This document shows, piece after piece, positions 1 through 12,917 of a DNA stretch of 38,255 bases (positions are counted from its first letter, which is position 1; each line of letters starts with the position of its first letter). The notes beneath the pieces were generated by a model. That model was not told the DNA's origin, did no database searches, and saw only the letters and a list, made by a program, of their open reading frames with translations. The stretch is from Octopus sinensis. Lineage: Eukaryota. The stretch lies in NCBI RefSeq assembly GCF_006345805.1, contig NW_021835823.1:1-38255 (forward strand). The letters are read 5' to 3'. Both the position numbers and the translations under genes were made by a program.

Positions 1-425
1 TTTTCCTTGTGTTATTTGGCCTGTACTCTATTTTTTCGTTGTTTAAGAAAAATGTCCAATTCCTTGGTTTTCTGTTTCTGTTTTCGTTTATCATTGTGTT
101 CGACGTTTTTTTTTTGTGTCCTGTACCCATATATGCATGTATATATACATGTAGATGTAATTACGTACATATATGTATGTATATATGCATATGTTTTATT
201 TATTATCTTGTTAATATATACATGCATACTTAAGAAATATATAAATAAATATCTATAAACAGATAAACTGCTACTCTAGACCGATGAAGGACAATGATCC
301 TGAAACATGCGTGTCTCTAGATGCAGGTCTGGCTGCTGGGAGTGTTTGTCTCCCCTTCGTAAATGTATATACATATATACACATACACACATGCATATAT
401 ATATATACATACACATATTCATATG

Positions 426-482
<57 letters not shown>

Positions 483-545
483 TATATATATATATATATA
501 TATTTGTATGTATGTATGTATGTATGTATGTATAATGATATAAAT

Positions 546-918
546 TATGGCATTCCGTCGGTTACGACGATGTCGGTTCCAGTTGATCCATTGAACGGAA
601 CAGCTTGCTCGTGAAATTAATGTGTAAGTGGTTGAGCACTCCACAGACACGGGTACCCTTAACGTAGTTCTCGGGGATATTCAGCGTGACACAATGTATG
701 ACAAGGCTGGCCCCTTTGAAATACAGGTACAAGAGAAACAGGAAATAAGAGTGAGAGACAGTTGTGTTGAAAGAGTACAGAAGTGTTCGCCACCACCCCT
801 GCCGGAATTATAGTTGTTTTCGCTCAATAAATTCTAACAACGCCCGGTCTGGGAATCGAAACTGCAGTCCCACGACCGCGACTCCGCTTCCGTAACTACT
901 GGGAAATTGCGACCCCAC
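546..918 (-). mobile_element. SINE family A (tRNA-derived head), full length, diverged
   Basis: Aligns along its length with 27383-27762 and 13781-13975; the minus-strand head has degenerate A box and B box (GTTTCGATTCC). Confidence 0.85.
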
Positions 919-1297
919 AAGGATATACACATATATATACGCATATTCGTGTGGGTGTGCGTGCGAGCGTGTGAGCTAGAGGATATTTCCTCTCTTCGAG
1001 ACTATTACATGAAGTGTTTAAGTTTTGGTTATGTTTAGCCGGAAAAGGAAAAATTCATCAGAGACCTAATTAATACGAAAATTGAGTCAAGTATGTCATT
1101 AATCTCACTTTTAAGTCTCTGTTTTCTTCCTCTTGCTCTCCACCTGTCATTAATTTGTCCCTCTAGCTCGGGCAATTCTCACACATAGAGGATAGTTACC
1201 CGTACACGAGTCGGGCACAACTGAGGTGGAGATGCGAATGCATACACACCCACATGTAACGGCAACCATAGTTTCAGTTAAAATGCTTTGTAAATCA

Positions 1298-1890
1298 AAG
1301 GCGGCGAGCTGGCAGAAACGTTAGCACGCTGGGCGAAATGCGTAGCCGTACTTCGTCTGCCGTTACATTCTGAGTTCAAATCCCGCAGAGGTCTACTTTG
1401 CCTTTCATCCTTTCGAGGTCGATAAATTATGTACCAGTTATGCACTGGGATCGATGTAATCGACTTAATCCGTTTGTCTGTCCTTGTTTGTCCCCTCTGT
1501 GTGTAGCCCCTTGTGGGTAGTAATGAAATAGGTATTTCGTCTGTCCTTACGTTCTGAGTTCAAATACCGTCGAAGTCGACCTTGCCTTTCATCCTTTCGG
1601 GGTCGATAAATTAAGTACCAGTTACGCACTGGGGTCAATATAATCGACTTAATCCGTTTTTCTGTCCTTGTTTGTCCCCTCTGTGTTTAGCTCCTTGTGG
1701 GTAGTAAATAAATAGAAATAGGTATTTCGTCTCTCCTCACGTTCTGAGTTCAAATACCATCGAGGTCGACTTTGCCTTTCATCCTTTTGGTGTCGATAAA
1801 TTAAGTACCAGTCGAGTACTAGGGTTCATGTTATTGACTTACCACCTCCTCCAAAATTTCAAGGCTTGTGCCTACAGTAGAAAGGATTAT
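1298..1890 (+). mobile_element. SINE family B tandem trimer: full copy (1298-1530), headless copy (1531-1720), headless copy with alternative tail (1721-1890)
   Basis: Head GGCGGCGAGCTGGCAGAAACGTTAG, B-box-like GAGTTCAAAT, core GCCTTTCATCCTTTCGGGGTCGATAAATTAAGTACCAG repeated three times; junction GAAATAGGTATTTCGTC twice. Confidence 0.9.
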
Positions 1891-2100
1891 GAAAAGCGCG
1901 TTGCCCCCCAATTTTCAACATGTATATTTTAATAAGAGTTTCTTTGAAAAAATATAACCTCTAAACTTTCACATACCGATGGCTATATCCACGTCATTAT
2001 GTGTATACGTGGAGGTGTGCGAGAGTATACGTGTAAATAATTGCACATATTATATACACACGCATACAAATCAACATGATGCATACATCGATACATACAC

Positions 2101-2135
<35 letters not shown>

Positions 2136-2318
2136 TGGATGTGCATATATGTATATATTGTCTCAGCATGGCTGCAGCTCTCAAGAGGAATTTATTAAGA
2201 GAATATGTATATATATGTGTGTGTATATACTTTATATATATATATATATATATATATCAGAGAGAGAGAGAGACAGATTGTGGGGAGGAAATATATAAGT
2301 GCGTACATAAATACATAC

Positions 2319-2743
2319 ATATGCATTGCATTCTGTGAAATGCTATATCCATTGGTAAAAGAATACGGTTCTACAGCTCCAACGAAACACGTCTCCATCC
2401 CAAATGTAGAACCAGACGGTAAGATAATTACTGTTAATTTGGGGCAGGTCAGATGCAGGTTTTTATAAAAGTGTATTTATCACATGGTGAAATGCACTGT
2501 TGGAATATAGGATTACATAAATATCACAGACAGTCGCACAAAGACACACAACGAACGGCGCAGACGCAGACGAACACATAAGCACTCCTGCATATGTAGA
2601 CTTACGGTTCTGTATTCTTATATTCATAAGAGCAGATATATGTCTATCTATTTCTGTAAATTCCTACGTACAATTCCTAGCCATATATTTGTCTATCTGT
2701 TTATCTGTTAATCAGGTTATCTGTATGACTGCCTTCCAGCGAC

Positions 2744-2799
<56 letters not shown>

Positions 2800-2908
2800 C
2801 TCATCAAGCTAACTCTGTCTGTCTGTTTCCCACTCCCTTTCTCTCTCACTCTCTTCTTCTACTCTCTCTCTCTCCTTCTCTCCCCCTCTCTCTCTACCCC
2901 TGTATGTA

Positions 2909-2943
<35 letters not shown>

Positions 2944-3408
2944 ACTTACTCTTTTACTTGTTTCAGTCATTTGACTGCGGCCATGCTGGGGCATCGCCTT
3001 CCAGTCGAGCAAATCGGTCTCAGGCCTTATTCTTTGTAAACCTAGTACTTATTATATCGGTCTCTTTTTCCCGAACCGCTAACTTACTGGGACGTAAACA
3101 CACCAGCATCGGTTTATATATATATATATATGTGAGGTTTTGGTATCCTGAAGACCCAAAATGGCAGGTAAGGCTATGTAAGTGTTACGGAAGAACCGTA
3201 GTTAGACTTCCGGTTCGATAACAGTATGAGTAATGAGACTAATGGGCGTGTAAATTTTAAATAAAATGATACAAGATAGCCAACACTATGTGAAATTTTT
3301 AGGCCATTTATAAAGTGAAAGTTAGACTAACTTTCTCTTTATAAATTTTCTAGAAATTTCAGCCTGCCTTGGCTTTGTCGTCTCCTTTTAATAACACCCC
3401 CCACACAC

Positions 3409-3451
<43 letters not shown>

Positions 3452-3942
3452 CATACACACATGTATATATAGGCGCAGGAGTGGCTGCGTGGTAAGTAGC
3501 ATGGTTCCGGGTTCATTCCCAATGCGTGGCACGGGTGTCTTCCGACCAAATCCTTGTGAGTGGATTTGGCAGACAGAAACTGAAAGAAGCCCTGTCGTAT
3601 ATATGTATATATAAGTGTGTGTGTGTGTTTATGTGTTTGTGTTTGCTTCCCCAACATCACTTGAAAACCGATGGTGGTGTGTTTACGTCCCCGTAAATTA
3701 GCGGATCGGCAAAAGGAACCGATAGAATAAGTACTAGGCTTACAAAGAATAAGTCATGGGGACGATTTGCTCGACTAAAGGCGGCGCTCCAGCATGGCAA
3801 CAGTCAAATGACTGTAACAAGTAAAAGAGTAAAGAGTTTATAGTGAGAGAGAGAGGGAGAGAGAGAAAAGAGAGAGAGAGAGAGAGGGAAGTTTAATTAT
3901 ATATATATATATATGTATATATATATGTATATATATATATAC

Positions 3943-3987
<45 letters not shown>

Positions 3988-4003
3988 TATATATAATATA
4001 TAT

Positions 4004-4034
<31 letters not shown>

Positions 4035-4090
4035 GGAGAGAGAGATTGATAGATAGATTGATAGATAGATAGATAGATAGAGATAGATAG

Positions 4091-4133
<43 letters not shown>

Positions 4134-4652
4134 GCGTGTGTATAAATATAAATATGAGAAAGAAAAGTAGAAAATAGTGATTCAGAAATACGAATCGAGA
4201 AGGGTAGCAGAATGAGAGAGCTTAAGCGATATATATCTTATCCGTATACTTATATGGACGGGAGATATGGAGAAATATGTGTTGTGCCTGCTACCTGAAC
4301 GGCAAAAATCTGGTGTGTAGTGGCCTTCTCAATTTACACTGTAAATCCATGCAGCTATATTAGTAGTGGAACAGAAGTCAGTAAACCCCCCTGACCTAAG
4401 CCGAATAGCTATCATTTATACGGTAAGAACCCCACTGCGAGCGGTAAATAAGGGAGATGGTGAGAGTGGAATGCCTGAGAAATGGTGTGAGTTATGGGTA
4501 GAGCGTGAGTCAGACGGTGATATATAGTATGAAAGATGAAGGACTGTTAGTAAGTAAACAGATGCTGGGGTATGCAATAGGCAAGCATACGTGCACCCGC
4601 ATATAAATAAACATACAAACGCAAGAACACAAACACACACGCACACACACAC

Positions 4653-4710
<58 letters not shown>

Positions 4711-5467
4711 ATATATATTATATATATTTATTTATACATATGGGGTCGATTTGCGCGATTGCATCAATATGTATATATATATATATATATATACATACTA
4801 TAGTATGTATATATATATGTATATAATATTAATGCATTCTTTTCTCTGTTTCAGGCATTTGAATGCGGCCATGCTGGTGCACACCGCCGCCACTAGTCGA
4901 CCAAATCGAGCCCAGGACTTAGACTTTGTAAGTCAAGTACTTATTCTACCAGTCTCTTTTTGCTAAGTTACGAGGACGTAAACACACCAGCATCGGTTGT
5001 CAAGCGATTTTGCGAGGACAAACACACACACACACAATCACACATACATACATACATACATACATATCTATATACATGGGCTTCTTTCTGTTTCCGTCTA
5101 CCAGATCCACTCATAAGGCTTTGGTCGGCTCGAGACTCTAGCAAAAGAGATTTCCCCAAGTGCCACGCAGTGGGACTGAACCCGGAACCATGTGGTTGTT
5201 AAGTAAGCTACTTACCACACAACCACTCCTATGTTAAGTGGTAATAAAAATATTTTACATTAACCTGATGGGTTACTTTATGCATTTCTAAAGTACAAAT
5301 TTATTATTCTTATACAAAATGCTGTTGACAGTAACTTCGAATTTTCGGCCAGCTAAACATACTTAAGAAACGTACATAATATATTCTCAAAAATAACATA
5401 ACACCAAATTATATATATAAAAATTTGGGAGGTGGGGAAGGCGAGAGTGGGGAAAGCAAGTTTGGGA

Positions 5468-5503
<36 letters not shown>

Positions 5504-6019
5504 TGTATGTATGTATGTATGTATGAATGAATGTATGTATGTATGTATGTATGTATGTATGTATGTATGTATGTATGAATGTATGTATGTATGTATGTAT
5601 GTATGTATGTATGTATGTATGCATGAATGTATGTATGTATGTATGTATGTATGTATGTATGTATGTATGTATGTATGTATGTATGTGTATGTATGTATGT
5701 ATGTATGTATGTATGCATGTATGATGTATGTATGTATGTATGTATGTATGCATGTATGTATGTATGTATGTATGTATGTATGTATGTATGTATGTATGTA
5801 TGTATGTATGTATGTATGTATGTATGTATGTATTTATGTATGTATGTATGTATGTAATATATGTATGTAAGTATGTATGTTTGTATGTATGTTTCTATGT
5901 ATGTATGTATGTATGTATTTATGTATGTATGTATGTATGTATGTATGTATGTATGTATGTATGTATGTATGTATGCATGTATGTATGTATGTATGTATGT
6001 ATGTATGTATGTATGTATG

Positions 6020-6051
<32 letters not shown>

Positions 6052-6526
6052 GACTGGATCGTGTCTTGTGTTCTTAGGCAAGACTTTCTATTTCTCGTGG
6101 CTCCAGTTCTCTCGACTGTAGAAAAGGCTTGTGACGTCAGAGGTGTCAAGCTGTACGAGCCTTTGCTTTCCGCTGGACAACATCGGTGGGGTGGAGAGGG
6201 AAGTCTGTAATGCATAGTTAACTGCTGGTATTCTCTAAACAACCTGCCTGGACTTGTGCTTCGGAAGGGACATTTCTAGGTGCTACCTTATGGACATTCA
6301 TGGAATTGCACCTTTCTACACTGATATATATATATTTATACATATATAAACAGACACACTGTAAATGTCGTAAGATCTTTGCGCCTCATGAAAAGAGATA
6401 AATTGTGAATAGATTCCTGAACTGCACTTGTACTCAATGGGCCCTAAATAGCGTGGAGATAAATAGATCTAGGTAATACCGAACTCACACGCAAGCATAC
6501 ACACACACACACACACACACACACGC

Positions 6527-6559
<33 letters not shown>

Positions 6560-7223
6560 TAATAGGAACAAGCAAAATGGTGAAACATCAAAATTAGAGG
6601 AGCAAATTTTAAAATAATGATTTTATAATTATAACGGTTGAAATAAAAGGCAAAATATTATTAACGTTTCGGATGCTAGTCCTGCATCAGAAAATGAAAA
6701 GAATGTAGGGAAAAAGATCAAAAGCTGGATGTCAGTTCCTGCAATTCTACACTTCAATTCAGCCTCCTGTAACCTATTACTGTTAGGAACACTGCTTCCT
6801 AATACTTAAATTTCTCTCCTCACCTTAGTGATATTTTGCTAATCGGCAGAGTGCAGTGGGAACACTTTTCACATGGCCAGTGTCTCAGTCTATTCAATAC
6901 TAGCCCACATTTCTGCTTTGCTGTTCTTGTTAGTGCTGAAGATCATGGAGCATTCGCAACCCGAGTGAAATTCAAGGCCCACATATTGGTTTTGTTGTAG
7001 CAACATTTACATTAACATAAAATATCCGGGCATTCGCACGGAGATTTCACTGCAAGCACAAGTCGCCCTTAAATCCCGAAGTTCCTGCAAATCCACGCCC
7101 CGAACCATACCTCGCGGGTCGCGGTCAAATTCCTTTTTCAGCGGTAACACGCAAGCGTACGCATTTTGGCAGTATTCTCTGTTGGAAATATAATATATCT
7201 TCAAACCACCACACACATACATC

Positions 7224-7255
<32 letters not shown>

Positions 7256-7685
7256 AATTATATATATATATATATATATGTGTTGTGTGGTGTGTGTGTG
7301 TGTGTGTGTTGTGTGTGTGTGTGTGAATATGAGACATTTCCAAGTAGGATGTAATACATACATTCGTAGATATATATATATATATATGTTTATGTATATA
7401 ATATATATACATATTTATATATATATATAATATATATATATATATATGTACACACATACACACATTATATATATATATACATATGTACATATGTATTATA
7501 TATGTACATATGGTATATGTATATATATATATACACATATTTATATATATATATATATATATAATATATATATATTATATTAATATATTATATGTATGTA
7601 ACACATACACACATATAATATATATATACATATGTACATATGTATATATATGTTACATATGTCTATGTATATTATATATGTACAT

Positions 7686-7723
<38 letters not shown>

Positions 7724-9213
7724 ATATATATAACGTAGGAACTAGGTTGGCATGATTTAGAGCCCTTCAAATTTCTAAAGAAAGCGGTAAAATGTCATTA
7801 ATCTTTAATTCATTAGTGACGAGAATATAATATATCTATAATTTTATTGAATAAAGCTAAGGAAGTCAGTTAAACTGCTTGAGACTGGTTTCTATTTCAA
7901 TGTTTACGAGCAAATTTCAGACGTTGCTGACATGGCAATGGTACTACTAATTTATTCAATGTTACAACTAATTTCTATTTGGAACTAAAGCGTAAATTCC
8001 GTTTGTAAATATTGGGTTGTCCGGAAAGTTCATGTCGATTTTTAAAGGGAAGAAAAAGGTCAATAAATACTTGCCATTACATTTTTAATCAACCAAATAT
8101 GAACCATTTTGTTGCGCAATGCGTCTCCATTTTTCCTTTAACTTGAAAATACCCTCTTCCCAGAATTGAGGTGGTTTCATGGCAAACTATTCAGCAAGGT
8201 TGGTTTTTTTTACGTCATCCAAGGAAATGAAATTTTTACCATTAATACTATTCTGCAGAGACCTGAATAAGTGGAAATCCGAAGGAGCAATATCTGGTGA
8301 ATAGGGAGGGTGAGGTGACACATCCCAGCCGAGCTGCAGCAGTTTTTGTCTGGTTCCCAAAGCATCAAGTGCCGAAAATGAACTTTCTTATCTTCCATTT
8401 TAAAGGATTATAAGATTAACACAGGTTATAGGAACATAAACCTTCTTCCACGAAAAGATAGCTTAAACTGTGCTCTAAATGGAGGTATAGTGAAATCCTA
8501 TTTTATGGACTCAACCATGTTCTAAAATATGTCGAAAGGTAAGCTACTTTAAATCGGCACGAACTTTCCGGACAAACCAATATATAATATAGTTCGTATA
8601 TAGGGTATATATACTTTGATGGTGGGATGTTGTGTGTTATTTGTTTGTCGAGCAAATTTTTTTTTGCGTTAAGAAATTAGATATCACTAAGGGTATAACA
8701 TTCAAAGAGTTCCTCCCTCATACAATCATTAGGAGTATTTTCCACAGAAGACTACCACAGGTTTTTTCCAGCTGTACGTAGTACTAGCAGTAGCAGCAGC
8801 AGTAATAGTAGTAGCTGTAAATAGTAGTAGCAGCTGCAGCAGCGGCCGTAGCATCAGCGGTCCTACCAGCCGCAATTGCAGTGGTCACGGCAAGTGGTCG
8901 CAGTAGCGTTTGTAGCAGTAGTCACTGCAGCAATCGTAATGTAATATTATATTGTTTCTATTGCATTTCTATGGCTATTACTGCTGGTGATGATTCTAAC
9001 AATCACCCTTGTTCTCAATTGTGTCCAAAATCTCATGAACTCGGAAAGAAGAAATACTTTTCTCGCTTAAAGAAGAAGAGATTTGTCCGAAACGTCAAAG
9101 ACTCATTAAACAATAAAACCTATCTATACACTGTATGCTTGTATATCTGTGCGTGTAAATGTATAATGCATTTATGTATAAATCATACATGTATAACTTG
9201 TGTGTACATATAC

Positions 9214-9259
<46 letters not shown>

Positions 9260-9560
9260 CTGTATATCTACTCGCTTTGTAATATTGGCAAATGAAAAAA
9301 AGTACAAGAATGTGCATTGTCCGTTTAATTGAAAAATTCTATATGTGGCTGAAGATTGCTCGACATTTTAAAACTGATGTAATACTTACAGGGTTTAATA
9401 AAATAAAGTATCATGAAACAACTGTACTACTCTACCTCGGATATCCTTGTTGTTTATTTTGATTATAATCACCCTATTTGATTTATATGGATAATACCAT
9501 ACCAAATTCTGGTGCCTTAAACTTAAGTACCATATTCATCTGAATCTAAATTTTGATGAA

Positions 9561-9622
<62 letters not shown>

Positions 9623-11469
9623 ACCATATCTTCTCACTTTTCGTCTCTTTCCTTCAGTGCAGTTTCTATATGGTCAGTAGATTTGTGAAAACTATTCTCT
9701 AAATTGGCCCGTTGCTTAGTCTCAGCTCAGTTCTTATAAAATAGGTATATTTTTAAGGTATGACATTAGTAATGACCTCTACCTTCACACGCATCTTAAG
9801 GTTCTATTTATAACTGCCGTGTCTACAAGTGATCTGCGTTCGTGTCCCACGAGCAGCCTTCGACTATGTCTAACCAGATGGGTTTCAACCTAATATTTTA
9901 AAAGTTATAGCTTTAAATGTTATATTTTAAATGTCATTAATAGCTTTACGTGCTTGAGACCCATTGCCCTAAAAGGAATTATTCAGGTTCTCTCGAAAGT
10001 TTGCATTCTCTTATGACATCAAAATCCTGTTCTTATTTTAATAATTCGTAGCCATTAAGCTAAAATACTAATAATAATAATCAGAAAGAGAAACAAAAAT
10101 GCAAGTGGAAATTCGGTATTTACTTCATTCACAAAACATACATGAATGACTTCAAAAGGTAGATCTTGTAACAAAGTCAATGTTTGTAGAAGATAGACAA
10201 TCTCCATTCGCAACTTTGCTTTTAAACCTTACTGATTCCATAAAATATATTCCGCCATTATTATGGTAAAGATTCATTCCACAATATCTTTGCGTACTTC
10301 AGCAACTGGCTTAGTGCCCAATCAAAAGAAATCAATGCTTGAAAGAGAGAAAGAGAGAGACAGAGAAAAAAAAAACATCTGTATAAAACAATAAATAACG
10401 TATATAGCTTTTTAAAAAAAATAACATAAAATTATAATTACAGAAATAAACGTACGGCTACTGTAACTATTGACTGTTTATCATAGCTTCCTTAATATAT
10501 ATCCGTTATAATGACTCTTTGTCTGTATAATTGCGTTGTTGCTTTTACACTCGAATTAATTAAACACATTTATTTTATTATATCAAATTAGACGCACACC
10601 ATCCGAGATAAACATACGCATGTATACGCTCACACGCAAACGTATAAGCACACGTATGCGTACAAACGCAAACCGACAGATACCCGCACCACGATACAAT
10701 TACGAGGACATATACACATATAGCGAGGCATACATGTACAGGCACACTTGTCAATAATTATACAGGGATATTTCTAATATAATATTACATTTATTTTCAT
10801 TGGTATTGATTTATCTGGTGTGGATAGAACGAGTAATTTCCAGGAGAAATAACTTTAAATTGTTATTAATTTCCTACAGTTCAAAATTGTCAGTACACAC
10901 GGATTGCAAATTACACTCACAGATACGCATAACGTAGACGCATAGACACAGAGAGAAATAAACGTACAAAAGCAGATTTAGACGGAATAAAATAGAAGCG
11001 TAATTCTTAAAGAGATAGGCATGTGTGCAGCCATAAGCATATGTAGCGAAGGAAAACCATACAAAGAGACATAGCTCTTTATTTCTATAGTTTGGAAAGC
11101 AGAATGTGAACATCAATGCCGTTGGTTACAGGTTTACCCAAGTCATTCACAGTCTCTGGTGGAGTGTGACGGACAAATGAGCGTATGTAAGACAGTGCAA
11201 GGAGATTTCTTCTTGCAATGGGTTATTTGGAAAGTGCATCATATACATACATATATATATATATACGTGTGTGTGTATGTGTTTATATGTGCATATATAT
11301 ATATAAATATCCATACATATGTGTGTGTGCGTGCGTCTCTGTATGTATAAAATATATTTATGTATCTGCCTATCTATTTATCTGTCTATCTATCGATCTA
11401 TCAACCTATCTATCTAAACCCTTTCTCTCTCTCTTTCCCCGCATATATATATAATAGAGAGAGAGATAC

Positions 11470-11530
<61 letters not shown>

Positions 11531-11806
11531 TATATACATATATATACATATATATATATACATACATACAAGGAGAGTGAGTAATGATAGTATAGCTAGT
11601 CGAAACTTCGAAGTCACTGTCTATATTATTCTTGTTAAAGAACAATGAATTTCTACTCTACAAATGCATGGAGTCACCCTTGAGATTAACGTAAAATTAT
11701 TTCTATTATAACTGATCATAAGAACAAACATTACCATATATGTGCGTGTGTATATGCATTTTTATATACACGTATATATACATATACATAAATATGCATA
11801 TATATG

Positions 11807-11851
<45 letters not shown>

Positions 11852-12383
11852 TGTGTGTGTGTGCGTGCGTGTGTATTAAGTCTTATAGACACCGTTTTAG
11901 TTTCTTTATACTCGGATTCTTCCTTGTATTTCGTACATTTCTAGTCTTCTCCCTCCAACAAGAATCTCTTCATTTTATTTTATTTTATGGTTTCTTTTAG
12001 CATTGTTTGTTTGCTTTTTTATTATCCCTAATATTTCTATGACATCTGCAGATCTCTCAATATTACAGATCATTAATATCCACCATATATTACCTATCAC
12101 TCTCAAGACATCATTAACTTTTCTCACTGTTCTGCGTAATCTCCCATTCTCGATTCCACTTAATAACGTAAATCTTGTTCGGTAATTCTTACTTAATCCT
12201 TCAAGAATCCTAATCCTTTTATATTCTTCGTCCAATAACTCTAAGCCCTTTCAAGCTTGTAATCTATATTCACTTTCCTTCCTACTTTTGACTTGTCACA
12301 GTAGATTTCCTTTTCCTGTGGACAACATATTTTATACCACGACGTTTCTGCCGTTGTCGTTATTGCGGTTCTTGCTATCATTA

Positions 12384-12429
<46 letters not shown>

Positions 12430-12451
12430 GTCATCATCATCATCATCATCG

Positions 12452-12486
<35 letters not shown>

Positions 12487-12553
12487 TATTATTATTATTA
12501 TATTATTATTATTATTATTATTATTATTATCATTATTATTATTATTATTATTA

Positions 12554-12602
<49 letters not shown>

Positions 12603-12780
12603 CATTGTTATTATCATTATCATTGCTATTGCTATTATTATTATTTTTTTTTCTTCTTTCAAATTTGCTTCCATTTCTTGCCGAATGTCTTCCCGACTCC
12701 TAGGGCAAAGAAACTCATAGTATACATTGGTAGGCCATTAAACCAAACTCAATAGTTCGTTCATTTTTTTATTTTTTAAA

Positions 12781-12816
<36 letters not shown>

Positions 12817-12869
12817 CATTATTATTATTATTAGTATTATTATCATTATCATTGTTATTATCATTATCA

Positions 12870-12917
<48 letters not shown>

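Noticed and set aside
546-918. tRNA genes suggested by A/B boxes (also at 27700-27762 and 37020-37100)
   Set aside because: These are SINE heads continuing into SINE bodies; no closed cloverleaf is visible.
1298-1890. CRISPR-like direct repeats
   Set aside because: Units are about 190-230-bp SINE bodies without unique spacers; no cas genes.
2319-2430. Cyclic-nucleotide-binding or actin-like motif ([10 protein letters not shown]; antisense PDGKIITV)
   Set aside because: Only short superficial resemblance; flanking domain motifs are missing.
263-4422. Alternative plus-strand exon chain (263-358 INCYSRP...VCLPF, 1167-1225, 2377-2418, 3138-3167, about 4350-4422; also donors near 19437 and 23995)
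   Set aside because: Some donors are strong, but a phase-consistent chain needs weak acceptors or arbitrary frame choices. Less coherent than the minus-strand chain, though not excluded.
5428-5466. Possible G-quadruplex (four G runs)
   Set aside because: Two 11-nt loops and no supporting context.
8780-8940. Ser/Ala/Val-rich reading frames
   Set aside because: Decayed (AGT/AGC)n repeat with stops.
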